A DNA stretch of 40,000 nt from an uncultured Methanomethylovorans sp. (lineage in GTDB: Archaea; Halobacteriota; Methanosarcinia; Methanosarcinales; Methanosarcinaceae), in assembly GCF_963678545.2 (NCBI RefSeq), contig NZ_OY782867.2, positions 2,368,913-2,408,912 of the forward strand, written 5' to 3'. Of the stretch, positions 9,293-18,416 are shown one piece after another (the first letter of the stretch is position 1; every line of letters begins with the position of its first letter). The position numbers and the translations under genes were made by a program. The notes under the pieces were generated by a model, which ran no database searches, was not told the DNA's origin, and saw nothing but the letters and a program-made list of their open reading frames with translations.

Positions 9293-10657
9293 ATGGATGA
9301 AAAAAGTGATTTTCTGGGTAAAGATAATGTAAGAAAGCTCCTGTTTAAGCTTTCAACTCCTATAATCATTGGAATGCTTGTGCAGGCGCTTTATAATGTC
9401 GTGGACACGTTTTTCGTGGGAATGGCTTATGGAGAAAATAGTGTCCAGGCAATAGGCGGGCTTTCAATAGCTTTTCCAGTCCAGATGATTATAATGGCAT
9501 TTGGAATTGTTCTTGGAACAGGGGGATCTTCCATAATCTCCCGGGCTCTTGGAGCACGAAATAATGAAAAAGCAGAAAGGGTTCTGGGAAACGTTTTTTC
9601 CCTTAGTTTACTTTTAAGTGTGCTTATAGCTGTTCCTTGTCTTCTTTACCTTGAACCTATTTTAAAGTTATTCGGGGCAACTGCTGGAATCCTGCCTTAT
9701 GCCAGAGATTATCTGAAGTATATAATTTTAGGAGGTATTTTCTTTGTCTTTGGGGTGGCTGTTCAGAATATTGTCAGATCTGAAGGGAACTCCCGCCTTG
9801 CAATGAATGCTATGCTTGTAGGAGGTGGCCTCAATATATTGCTTGATCCGATTTTCATGTTTGGTTTCGGAATGGGTGTTGAAGGAGCTGCAATTGCAAC
9901 CGTACTGTCACAAGCTGTAGGTTCGATCTGGCTCCTACTATATTATCTTAAAGGAAAAGGAACTATTCATTTCAAATCACAAAATTTAAAACCAGATCCT
10001 GAAATCATCAAGGAAATTGGAGCCATTGGTACTGGTTCTTTTATAATGGAATGTTCAAACAGTTTGATGATGATTGTAGTGTATAACATCCTCGCAATTT
10101 ATGGAGGAGACGTTGCAATTGCTGTCTTAGGTATAGTAATGAAGATTAATTCCTTTATCTTCCTGCCTCTTCTGGGTATGGGCTTTGGATTACAACCGAT
10201 TGTAGGGTTTAACTACGGGGCAAAGAAGTATGATAGAATAGTAGAAGCTGTAAAAATGGCTCTGGTGGTAGTAACAGCCTTTGGATTGTTTGGTTTACTC
10301 ATAATTTATATCTTCGCTGAAAAACTTCTTATTATTTTCAGTGCAGATCCAGCATATCTGGAAATGGGGAAGAATGCTTTAATAATCATGGTTCTGGGAA
10401 CGCCTTTGATTGGTTTGACCGTAGTTGCATCGATCTTTTTCCAGGCATTAGGGAGAGCCAAACCTGCTTTTATTCTTTCTATTAGCAGGCAGCTACTGTT
10501 CCTTATTCCCGCAGTTGTGCTGCTTCCCCGTTTTTATGGCCTGAATGGAGCTTGGGTGGCTTTTCCTGTCTCGGATCTCTTGGCATTTATGCTCTCCGGG
10601 TTTATGCTTTTCAGGGCATATAGGGTATTCGAGAAGAGTAAAAAGTCCATCGCGTGA
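9293..10657 (+). CDS. MATE-family multidrug efflux transporter
   Basis: 454 aa with about 12 TM segments. The N-terminal ...LLFKLSTPIIIGMLVQALYNVVDTFFVG and the repeated halves are typical of MATE/NorM proteins. Confidence 0.9.
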   Translation: MDEKSDFLGKDNVRKLLFKLSTPIIIGMLVQALYNVVDTFFVGMAYGENSVQAIGGLSIAFPVQMIIMAFGIVLGTGGSSIISRALGARNNEKAERVLGNVFSLSLLLSVLIAVPCLLYLEPILKLFGATAGILPYARDYLKYIILGGIFFVFGVAVQNIVRSEGNSRLAMNAMLVGGGLNILLDPIFMFGFGMGVEGAAIATVLSQAVGSIWLLLYYLKGKGTIHFKSQNLKPDPEIIKEIGAIGTGSFIMECSNSLMMIVVYNILAIYGGDVAIAVLGIVMKINSFIFLPLLGMGFGLQPIVGFNYGAKKYDRIVEAVKMALVVVTAFGLFGLLIIYIFAEKLLIIFSADPAYLEMGKNALIIMVLGTPLIGLTVVASIFFQALGRAKPAFILSISRQLLFLIPAVVLLPRFYGLNGAWVAFPVSDLLAFMLSGFMLFRAYRVFEKSKKSIA

Positions 10658-10766
10658 AATATAGGACCAAAACTATCCGAAATAATTTCCTTTTTTATTG
10701 TTGTTTTAATATGAAAGCATTTAGATTACATTTGATGGAAAAATATAAGAGGATTCTGATTATAAG

Positions 10767-11975
10767 CAACTACAAAGCAGAGCACAGGCTATCAAAATCC
10801 TGGTAAATGCTACCAGTTACGGAATATTCATTGAACTTATCCCAGAAGATAAGACCAGTGACATACAGGTTTATGGCCTTGATTCTTTCAATACTTCAGA
10901 AAACAGGTTTGAAAAACCAGGAAACTATTATCATCCTCTGCTTGCTGTAATGATAACAGCAGCTTCCAGGCTGTTCCTTGCTATGGCTGAAACCAAATTA
11001 AAGGAACAGGGTGGGATTCATGCTTACATGGATACAGATAGTATCTTTGTTCCTCCTGAATATGCCCAGGATATGATAGATTATTTCCAACCACTTAATC
11101 CCTATAGCCTTGATATTCCATTGCTGAAGGCTGAAAAAGTGGATATGTGGTTTTATGGTATTTCCTCAAAACGCTATGCTCTGTACACTTATGAAAAAGA
11201 ACAGACTAAATTTATAGAAGGGGAAAGGTCTTTCAAATTACATGGTTTAGGGCATCTTACTAATCCATTCCCTAAGAATATACAGGACTGGCAGGCCCAG
11301 GTATGGGAAGATATACTAAGATTACACTACAAAACCATAAGTTCTGTAGATATTGAGGCTAAGTATTCTGGGGTATATGCTATTTCGAAGCTTACTGTTT
11401 CTACCCCCAGGGTGTTGGCCAGGTTTAAGAAACTTAATGAAAACAAAACCTGGGATCAACAAATAAAACCCTTCAACTTTTACATCCTAGGGTTCCAAAC
11501 CATAAAAGAAAATGGTAAATCTGTGAAACCCTTAGCCCCTTTCTCTACTAATCCCCAGGAAATAGTGTATGAGCCTTTCATTGATTATGAAACAGGAGAG
11601 ATTAAGCAAGGATCACATTACTTCAAACCACTAAGTAAAATCATAATGCAATATGTAGATCATCCAGAGAGTAAATTTGATGGTGATATTGGTATTCTGG
11701 AAAGAAAACATGTGCATGCTGACGGTATTATCTACATTGGGAAGGAAGCGAACAATATTGATGAACAGGCTCTTGATGTTAAGAAGGCTCAAGAATTTGT
11801 GAATAAAGAAGAGATAATGCAAATGATACTCGATTTATCACAAAAAGAAGCCGAAGTAAGAGGAGTATCAAGGTGTGTGTTTCAGGGGATTAAGCAAAGG
11901 ATAAGGGAAACGGGGGATGTGAATTTAGATACTCCTGCTGTGAGGAGATTGATGGGTAAAATATCATCAGTTTAA
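10767..11975 (+). pseudogene. polB: Family-B DNA polymerase fragment (motif B KILVNATSYG and motif C YMDTDS to the C-terminus); lacks the exonuclease domain and motif A
   Basis: Colinear nucleotide and protein similarity to the intact polB starts near 10767 (compare 20865). About 80% of residues are identical by eye over the 341-aa tracked ORF. The frame remains open but has no N-terminal two-thirds. Confidence 0.9.
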
Positions 11976-12284
11976 TGTTAGAACTTTATCTCGAATAAAA
12001 GATAAAAAATCTTTTACTTCAATAGAAGATACTCGATAAAATTTGTCATCGCCATGTGCAGCCCATGTTCCAATTTCATAATTTGCTCGTAGGCTATTTT
12101 CTAGAGGTTTATGAATCAAACCATTTTGGCGAAGAGTGATTATAATCTGATCAAACCTTTGGTTTGTGTCTATATTATTTTTTTTTGCAAATTCTTTGAT
12201 AGTGGCTTATATAATAACTCTTCCATACATTACTGCTGCTAAATCCAATTTCTGACTTAAAAATTCAAAAGCCTGATCCAGCAT
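11967..12284 (-). pseudogene. HEPN/DUF4145-like small gene interrupted by an in-frame TAA
   Basis: The minus strand reads MLDQAFEFLSQKLDLAAVMYGRVII*ATIKEF...FDQIIITLRQNGLIHKPLENSLRANYEIGTWAAHGDDKFYRVSSIEVKDFL...LN*. It is absent from the ORF track because the part after the stop has no start codon. Confidence 0.45.
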
Positions 12285-12308
12285 ATCACTAAAAACTAAT
12301 AGTTCTCT

Positions 12309-12683
12309 TTAATAAAAAAGGTCATCAGTCAAACTATTTTCGAGGGCATATGAAACAGCTTCTAATATACCGATCTGTATTTCAACTTGAGTTTTGTAGT
12401 AAGAGGTAGTAGTAGTTGTAGATTCTGAATATTTTCGCTCGTATGTTTTAATGAATTTTTTATAATATTCAGAATTTTCTCCAAATCTTAAACGCAAAAT
12501 GTTTTCGGCACTTGTTTGAAATTTTGTAATACTCCTGTACGGGGAAAATTCAACCTTATAAATAGAATTGAATGATTTAGATATGACACCCTCTATATCA
12601 TTTCCTGGTGTCATAGTTCTGATTATTGATTTTCCTTCTAGAATAATTTGCGATAATCCATTAGCTATGATTTTATCATTCAT
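12309..12683 (-). CDS. Hypothetical protein (cargo of the casposon remnant)
   Basis: This is a 124-aa ORF on the same strand as its neighbours. I recognise no motif in it. Confidence 0.35.
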   Translation of the reverse strand: MNDKIIANGLSQIILEGKSIIRTMTPGNDIEGVISKSFNSIYKVEFSPYRSITKFQTSAENILRLRFGENSEYYKKFIKTYERKYSESTTTTTSYYKTQVEIQIGILEAVSYALENSLTDDLFY

Positions 12684-12797
12684 GTTTATCTGTTAATACA
12701 AGTTTTGCATATAAAAAGTAATTGAGTTTCAATTTAAAAATTATTTCAAGATTTACGTCTCACGACTTTATTATACAATATCTAATGAATATTTAAA

Positions 12798-13505
12798 TTA
12801 TATTTTACTGAGTTGAGATGTGAGAGTAATCACATCATCTAGAAGTTGTTTTGCTTTATCTTCATCCAGTTTTAGATTGTATGTTCCATGTGCCACTTGA
12901 TTTTTTAAATTTCGTACCTCTTCAATTAATGCTTTTTCGGTAGCATTTATTAGTTTTTGCTGTTCTGCAAACTTGATTAAACGAGAAAAAGATATAGATC
13001 TATTATTTTCAATTGAGTCTGTTGTTGCTAATTTAGCATATAACGATTTTTCAATTGCATTATTAAGTTCGATAAGCATATAATCATAATATCCGCTTTT
13101 ATATACTCTTTTTGCATTTAAAAGTGAAATGGATTCAGAGTCTCTTGCTCTTTCTATAGCATCTCGATATCTTTCCATGTATGCCTTTAAAGTAATCTTC
13201 ATTGGAATATAAGCAAAAAGTGTGGAAAGCAATGATGTTATTATTTGAATTGCTATTTCGCCCGTATATCCGTTAAAATTCGTACTTTCAATATATGCAA
13301 CAATACTAGAGGAAATATATAGTAATAGAATAACTATTGGAAAAACAAAAATTGCAGTGGTATATAGTAAATCTGCTATTAAACTTGTATGAGAGAATAT
13401 GGACATTTTGACAAGCTTAAATGAACAATATTTCATATTATCTATTGCATAGAAATAAACAGATAAGAATAAAATAAAACCCATAGTTAAAAAGAGGGTA
13501 TACAA
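12798..13505 (-). CDS. Membrane-anchored protein with a C-terminal HEPN/DUF4145-like domain; possibly N-terminally frameshifted
   Basis: About 3 N-terminal TM segments are followed by a C-terminal ...LIKFAEQQKLINATEKALIEEVRNLKNQVAHGTYNL..DEDKAKQLL. The R198-x7-H206 motif lies at nt 12888-12914. A 49-codon TM-like ORF (13487-13636, GTG start) overlaps its TTG start in another frame, which hints at a frameshift. Confidence 0.5.
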   Translation of the reverse strand: MYTLFLTMGFILFLSVYFYAIDNMKYCSFKLVKMSIFSHTSLIADLLYTTAIFVFPIVILLLYISSSIVAYIESTNFNGYTGEIAIQIITSLLSTLFAYIPMKITLKAYMERYRDAIERARDSESISLLNAKRVYKSGYYDYMLIELNNAIEKSLYAKLATTDSIENNRSISFSRLIKFAEQQKLINATEKALIEEVRNLKNQVAHGTYNLKLDEDKAKQLLDDVITLTSQLSKI

Positions 13506-13845
13506 AGAGGTACTATAGGAAAAAAGTGAAATCTTAATGGGTATAAATAATCTTTATAATTTGGGAGAGCAAAGAGCAAAGCTAAAAAGCTGATAATAAA
13601 AATTACTTTCTCATTAGATTTCTTATCATCATCCACACATTCCTGTAAAATATAAACTTATATATACTTTTCTAAAAATAGGTATATGTCTTTAAGGGAA
13701 CTTTTTTCTATTTAGTAGTGTTTTTTAATTATTGGAACATTTCTAAAAGATTATTTTAACTCAAGTAACAAAAAAGCATGTTTAAAACAAATTGTAGGAG
13801 TATTGTTTTTTCGATAGAGAAGGGAATACAGTTTGTATTAATAAG

Positions 13846-13878
13846 AAGAGTATTGTTTTTTCACGTTACCTATATCCC
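13846..13878. repeat. Right terminal inverted repeat of the decayed casposon
   Basis: The reverse complement gggatataggtaacgtgaaaaaacaatactctt matches the left TIR of the intact element at 28 of 33 positions. Confidence 0.85.
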
Positions 13879-13892
13879 TTAAAATTTATGCG
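13879..13892. repeat. Target-site duplication copy (ttaaaatttatgcg), shared junction between the two casposons
   Basis: It is identical at 14 of 14 positions to 23810-23823 and is flanked on both sides by outward-facing TIR ends (...tatatccc | TSD | gggatata...). Confidence 0.9.
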
Positions 13893-13925
13893 GGGATATA
13901 GGTAACTCTAAAAAACAGAACTCTT
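13893..13925. repeat. Left TIR of the intact casposon
   Basis: The sequence gggatataggtaactctaaaaaacagaactctt pairs with the reverse complement of 23777-23809. Confidence 0.9.
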
Positions 13926-14022
13926 CTAAATAATTAAGACTGATGGCCAAGTCAATTTACAGATACTTTTAAATAATTGTACTACTTTTTTTAAATAAAC
14001 GTTAATATATTGTAAGTATAAT

Positions 14023-14496
14023 ATGAGTCAAAAGGTAATTACACTAGAGGAACGAGTTAAACATATAGAAAAAGCTTTGTTGTCTTTTATTTTCTTTACC
14101 TTATCTTGGATTCCATTATCAGATACAAGTAGCACTCTCTCTTTATATGGTGGATATGGAATTATCTTTTTTTTAGCATTTTTTATTGTATTCTCTTCTT
14201 TAACTACTTATTATTCTTCCCTCTTAGCTTTTTCAGTATTTTCAGATACTCCAAATAAAGTTGCTAGAATTATTATAAAATATAAAGAAAAAGTTTCAAT
14301 GACATTTGTATTTTTCATAATAATTAGTGCTATAATAGTTCTAAAATATTTGAGTTTTGATTTGAAAGAAATTGCTGGTAGCATAGTTCTTGTAGGGCTT
14401 GCATCTGTTATCTATAATTTCAAAAAAATCTGTAGCCGAATCTGTGAGCGTATTTCAAAAATCGATGAATATGCAGAAAAGAAAAATCTCAAATAA
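14023..14496 (+). CDS. Small 4-TM membrane protein (left-arm cargo of the casposon)
   Basis: 157 aa with four hydrophobic segments and a charged C-terminal tail. I recognise no family. Confidence 0.45.
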   Translation: MSQKVITLEERVKHIEKALLSFIFFTLSWIPLSDTSSTLSLYGGYGIIFFLAFFIVFSSLTTYYSSLLAFSVFSDTPNKVARIIIKYKEKVSMTFVFFIIISAIIVLKYLSFDLKEIAGSIVLVGLASVIYNFKKICSRICERISKIDEYAEKKNLK

Positions 14497-14684
14497 GCAT
14501 TTTTAATTTAACAGCTGAATCATTAATTCTGGAAGTATTAACACATACTGATTCTTAATTTCCAAGCACTTAACTCTTATTTTTTTCCTATGAATTAAAC
14601 AAGCATTATTGGGGATTATCATACCATGAAAACTTTTCATAGAAAGTATTATCTTTGCTATTTAAAGGAAATTACAAAAACTTG

Positions 14685-15614
14685 TTACGTGAATATGGAA
14701 ATCGGAATTACTTGAATGGCAGGTTTTTTAATTTCTGTAACCATTTCGGGAATCTCAACCCCTTGTTCTTGTATGCCTTCAAGTATCTTGCAAAATTCAT
14801 CAATAAACTGTTTATTTAATAATCCTAAACTTGTTTTTCTAAGCAGATTTATAGAAACTGTTGACTCTAACGGTATAGTGCGTATTACTTTTCCAAAAAT
14901 TCTGTATTCTCCGTCGATTAATTCTTCCATATTTTGGTTGATAAAAAAATCGGATTTGGCAGACAAAACTGCACTTATCTTTGTTCCACCTACAATTTGG
15001 CCAATAATTTCTGTTGATTTTGAGTTGTTAAGTTCAGTTGATAGTCCTTTTATTTTGCTTAATAGAATTTCATTTTCATTTTTATTTTGACTTGTGTTTT
15101 CTTTTCTTTTTCCTTTGATTGATGGGTGTGTTTCCTCTTCTATAAGTGGTAAAGCCATTTCCATTAATTGTGTAATTCTTTCAATACTATCAATTAATGG
15201 GTTTCGAGTAAGAATTGCTTTAAATTCTACAAACATTCCACTTTCTAATTTATTAAAATCTTCAATTGATAATAATTCGTGTACTAAACCTTTTTCTTTT
15301 AAACATATTCTTAATTTAGAAAACAATGATGATGGCGTATGGATCTTTTTCTTTGATAATTCTGTTTGCTCATCTGTATCTCTTTCTTGATTTAAACTCC
15401 CACTAAATGAAACACCGAACAAACTCAATAAATTACTTAGTCCAATTGTTGATCCTGCTGAAGCACTTTTTCTCTCCGAATCTATAATTGATGTTTTGAT
15501 TGTAGTTACATCTGACAATCCATCTTCAATTATTGCAAGTAAATCAAAAACAATCTGTTGATTCAAATAAATAGGAATACATAGATCAAGTGAATCCTCA
15601 ATAAGTTTTTCCAC
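14685..15614 (-). CDS. Hypothetical 309-aa soluble protein (left-arm cargo of the casposon)
   Basis: A long uninterrupted ORF lying convergent with 14023-14496. No catalytic motif is recognisable by eye. It has a central Lys/Glu/Asn-rich linker (...KGKRKENTSQNKNENE...). Confidence 0.5.
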   Translation of the reverse strand: MEKLIEDSLDLCIPIYLNQQIVFDLLAIIEDGLSDVTTIKTSIIDSERKSASAGSTIGLSNLLSLFGVSFSGSLNQERDTDEQTELSKKKIHTPSSLFSKLRICLKEKGLVHELLSIEDFNKLESGMFVEFKAILTRNPLIDSIERITQLMEMALPLIEEETHPSIKGKRKENTSQNKNENEILLSKIKGLSTELNNSKSTEIIGQIVGGTKISAVLSAKSDFFINQNMEELIDGEYRIFGKVIRTIPLESTVSINLLRKTSLGLLNKQFIDEFCKILEGIQEQGVEIPEMVTEIKKPAIQVIPISIFT

Positions 15615-15792
15615 CTTCTTTTTCCTCCATTAGTACTGAAAAATCCCTTTCAGTTGCTGTGTTAATTTACGTTTCAATAGTATTATACATCAATACATAG
15701 AGATTTTTAACATTAATGGTTAAGAGTACACGATATTAAGTATAAATTATGACAGTTACTTATAATAAGTAAGTTTTGTTCGACAGAAAAAA

Positions 15793-16992
15793 CTACCCTC
15801 TCCATACCTCCAACCTCTCCCTTACATGAGCATTCAAAGTAAATGGCTTATCAGCCTTTGCATTTTGTTTCATATAATGCAATGTGCCTTTTGAGAATCC
15901 CATGTTCTTCCATTCAGTATAGGAAATATTCAGTATCTTTTGTCTAATATCATCTGAATCCTGTCTATCAATAGTAAATTCAGGCTTACTGAAATCTATA
16001 GCCTTCCTTTTCTCAACAAGGTATTGAACTAGCTCTCTAGTTTTCAACAACAAAGCATAATTCCAGGTTACTGAGTTCTTATGATACGGAACTTTCTTAT
16101 TCATCCAATTCTGGAACTCTTCAGTTACTTTCTTTGCACCTGAAGGTTTTAGCCTGAGGGAATAGCTTTCTGTCCTGATAAAATCCTTATCTTCCATTTT
16201 CTTAGATTCAATAAGGCTGATTACTGCAAGATCAACAAGGAATCTGAAAGGCTCTTGAAGATCATAGGCTAAACTGTTCTTACTTGGATTCATTTCGTGT
16301 AAGAAACCTACATGAGCATCCAAACCAACTGTATTAATGGCTCTCAAACATTCAGCTTCGAGTAAAGCATAACCATAATTGAGCATAACATTAACCATAT
16401 CACCTGCTGTTACTGGCCTTCTATACTGGTCTATCCTGGAACAGAAATCATATTTATCAGGAATAGCTTTTGAAAATTCATTCCAGTATTTCCAGGCAAC
16501 ACCACCCTCAATACCCATTATTTCCCTTATGGTTTTAGCCTTCTTTAACTTCTCATTATCCTCAGAGAAATCATAAGCAATCTCAGGATACCTTTGTTTT
16601 AGGTAATCCAGAACCACCTGGGATTTATCAAACTTGGCTTCAATGAATTTCCTTGCTATGCTGATTCTGGTTTCTTCATCCTCAAAAGCATGGTATTGAG
16701 CAAACTTTGTTTTTACATTGGTACTTTCAGGAGGAAGCATTGTTGTTAAGAGCTTACCATCCCAATTAAGGATAGAAACCTGTACATTGTGTTTCATTAA
16801 CCATTTAACAGCATCCAGAGTAAGGTTTCCATTCCTGCCATAGATAACAATGTTATCCAAATCCATTCTTCTTGGAGAGAATACATATTCTTGTGGTTCT
16901 TCAGTGGTTGAAGTTCTCCCGTCTTTGATATGGAGTTTTGCACTATTAACCCTCATATCAATTCCATGACCACTAAGAAGCAATAATTTCAT
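15793..16992 (-). CDS. cas1: Casposase (solo Cas1-family integrase with a C-terminal HTH)
   Basis: The Cas1 core is NVMLNYGYALLEAECLRAINTVGLDAHVGFLHEMNPSKNSLAYDLQEPFRFLVD, containing the catalytic E...H...E/D triad pattern. A C-terminal extension ...ILNISYTEWKNMGFSKGTLHYMKQ has an HTH pattern. I chose the start at MKLLLLSGHG (ATG 16992, GGGGTG 7 nt upstream) over the tracked 17016. No cas2 or CRISPR array is nearby. Confidence 0.9.
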   Translation of the reverse strand: MKLLLLSGHGIDMRVNSAKLHIKDGRTSTTEEPQEYVFSPRRMDLDNIVIYGRNGNLTLDAVKWLMKHNVQVSILNWDGKLLTTMLPPESTNVKTKFAQYHAFEDEETRISIARKFIEAKFDKSQVVLDYLKQRYPEIAYDFSEDNEKLKKAKTIREIMGIEGGVAWKYWNEFSKAIPDKYDFCSRIDQYRRPVTAGDMVNVMLNYGYALLEAECLRAINTVGLDAHVGFLHEMNPSKNSLAYDLQEPFRFLVDLAVISLIESKKMEDKDFIRTESYSLRLKPSGAKKVTEEFQNWMNKKVPYHKNSVTWNYALLLKTRELVQYLVEKRKAIDFSKPEFTIDRQDSDDIRQKILNISYTEWKNMGFSKGTLHYMKQNAKADKPFTLNAHVRERLEVWRG

Positions 16993-17047
16993 AATTAGCA
17001 CCCCTACTGTACACAAAAATTGTTTAATTTTACAATGCTGTTAAGCG

Positions 17048-17953
17048 TTAAAGCTTTTTTGGCTTTGTAGAAATGCTCATTTGAACAATATATGTAACCT
17101 TGACATACCTGTCAAGGTTATGCACTAATAGTTTCAATTTAACCTCTTTTGCTTGATTCCAATACTTTTTTGCCTTCACTTCTTCCCCGTATTTCCTTTT
17201 CAGAACAGAGAACATCGTTTCTACAAGATTTCTGCAATGGTACAATATTTCCTCAAACTCATCGATCATTTTTCTACGATACTTACCCTTGATCTTCTTC
17301 CTTTTCCTTTCTCTCAAAGGAATCATAGCTACTGCGTCTAGTTCTTCCCTTACTAGAGAATGTATAGCTTCAGAATCGTAACCTTTGTCCATAAGGTAAA
17401 ACTTTGATTGGCGATTTTTATGACATTGCCGTAGCAATGTCATCGCATGCTTTGCATCATGGATAGGCTTACCAGATATCTTAAAACCAGTGATAATAAA
17501 CTTCTTTGTATCAATGGAAATACTCACTTTTAGGAATGATCTACGTTTCTTTCCAGTCCTAAAAGAGTAATAGTAGCTACAGTGACCACTCGTAAATCCA
17601 CTCGAATCAATGGCAATTATCTCTATTTTTTCGCCATATGAATAGAACAGTTTTAGTGTTTGCTGTAACAACGATCTGAAAAGAATTGACCTAAGTCTAG
17701 TTATAAACTTGTGAAGTGTGGTATAATGTGGAACCTCTTTTAAACCAATTCTTAACTTCAAACTCTCCATTAATTCAACAAGTTCAACAATACTTCTGTA
17801 ATCTACATTAAGATATTCTTTTAACAAAATCAAGGTCAATAGCTGGTGTTGTGTATATTTCCTTTTCGAATATTTGCAACTATAGATCGGCAGGTGTGAT
17901 TTTCCTGATACAGCTAAAGCTGTATCAACAAACTTTAAGTACTTATTTGACAA
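17048..17953 (-). CDS. IS4/IS5-superfamily DDE transposase
   Basis: 301 aa with ...AIDSSGF...[12 protein letters not shown]...[19 protein letters not shown].... The ORF reads through the IR, and its stop lies in the flanking DNA. Confidence 0.85.
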   Translation of the reverse strand: MSNKYLKFVDTALAVSGKSHLPIYSCKYSKRKYTQHQLLTLILLKEYLNVDYRSIVELVELMESLKLRIGLKEVPHYTTLHKFITRLRSILFRSLLQQTLKLFYSYGEKIEIIAIDSSGFTSGHCSYYYSFRTGKKRRSFLKVSISIDTKKFIITGFKISGKPIHDAKHAMTLLRQCHKNRQSKFYLMDKGYDSEAIHSLVREELDAVAMIPLRERKRKKIKGKYRRKMIDEFEEILYHCRNLVETMFSVLKRKYGEEVKAKKYWNQAKEVKLKLLVHNLDRYVKVTYIVQMSISTKPKKL

Positions 17954-18060
17954 AACACAATCATCCCCTTTGTGTTTCAGTGGAAAGTAATACTCAGGGG
18001 ATTTATTCTTTTTAAATTATTAGGTCAAAATAAAAGCAAAAGTAGCATTTCTACAGAGCC
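17061..18060 (-). mobile_element. IS5-family (ISH1-group-like) insertion sequence, 1000 bp, nested in the casposon
   Basis: The terminal IRs are ggctttgtagaaatgct (17061-17077) and agcatttctacagagcc (18044-18060), matching 16 of 17. The 8-bp direct repeat gctttttt occurs at 17053-17060 and 18061-18068. Confidence 0.85.
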
Positions 18061-18266
18061 GCTTTTTTGGTGATTATTATAAGTAAAGATTAACAGCAAA
18101 AGTTGGTTTAGTATATAAATCATCTCATTTAATAATGCCAATAGATACTGTTTTTTGAGATTACTTTCGCCGTGCTATACTGTCTCTATTTATATTAAAA
18201 CAGTTTATTTGCTATCTACTACGCCACCCGTAATGATAGCAACCCTGGCGTTGGAGATAGAAAAAC

Positions 18267-18416
18267 ATGAAACAAAAAACAGAATATGGACGTTTTGTCC
18301 TGACATTACGCCCTTTCATAAAGGGAAAATTGGAACAATTATCAGAAAAGTTTGGATGCTCTCAGGCTGAAGTAGTCAGAATAGCATTAGTGAAACTCTG
18401 GGAGGAAGAGAAATGA
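18267..18416 (+). CDS. Ribbon-helix-helix (CopG/Arc-like) small DNA-binding protein, 49 aa; not in the ORF track
   Basis: MKQKTEYGRFVLTLRPFIKGKLEQLSEKFGCSQAEVVRIALVKLWEEEK has a beta-strand followed by two helices, the RHH pattern. Its TGA overlaps the ATG of the next gene (ATGA at 18413-18416). Confidence 0.6.
   Translation: MKQKTEYGRFVLTLRPFIKGKLEQLSEKFGCSQAEVVRIALVKLWEEEK

Larger units (their letters stand above)
10700..13878 (+). mobile_element. Decayed, 5'-truncated casposon (older tandem copy); the left boundary is approximate
   Basis: It contains a PolB C-terminal fragment homologous to 20865-22059, cargo ORFs, and a right TIR (13846-13878) that matches the intact casposon TIR at 28 of 33 positions. 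It ends exactly at the shared 14-bp TSD. No cas1 and no convincing left TIR are present. Confidence 0.8.

Noticed and set aside
10658-10690. The sequence gaaatataggacc lies right after the MATE stop and resembles the casposon TIR start gggatataggtaac. It could be read as the missing left TIR of the decayed casposon, which would imply an internal deletion rather than a truncation.
   Set aside because: Only a 7-mer (atatagg) plus scattered bases match. The expected 14-bp TSD is absent: the left flank is ...agtccatcgcg and shares only gcg. The match also overlaps the MATE stop codon. It is suggestive because of its position but is not supportable without an alignment to other elements.
13798-13925. 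I checked whether the short repeats around the casposon junction could be a mini CRISPR array, given the nearby cas1.
   Set aside because: The repeats are inverted (TIRs) or only two direct 15-mers with irregular spacing. There is no repeat-spacer periodicity here or anywhere else in the window.
14716-15390. Plus-strand ORFs 14716-15090 and 15094-15390, opposite the 309-aa cargo gene.
   Set aside because: They are Ser/Ile/Phe-rich antisense translations of an AT-rich gene. The longer uninterrupted minus-strand frame is preferred.
18155-18370. Tracked 71-aa ORF upstream of the polB operon.
   Set aside because: It has no motif and its composition is hydrophobic and odd. It overlaps the better-supported RHH ORF (18267-18416), which is translationally coupled to the next gene, in another frame.
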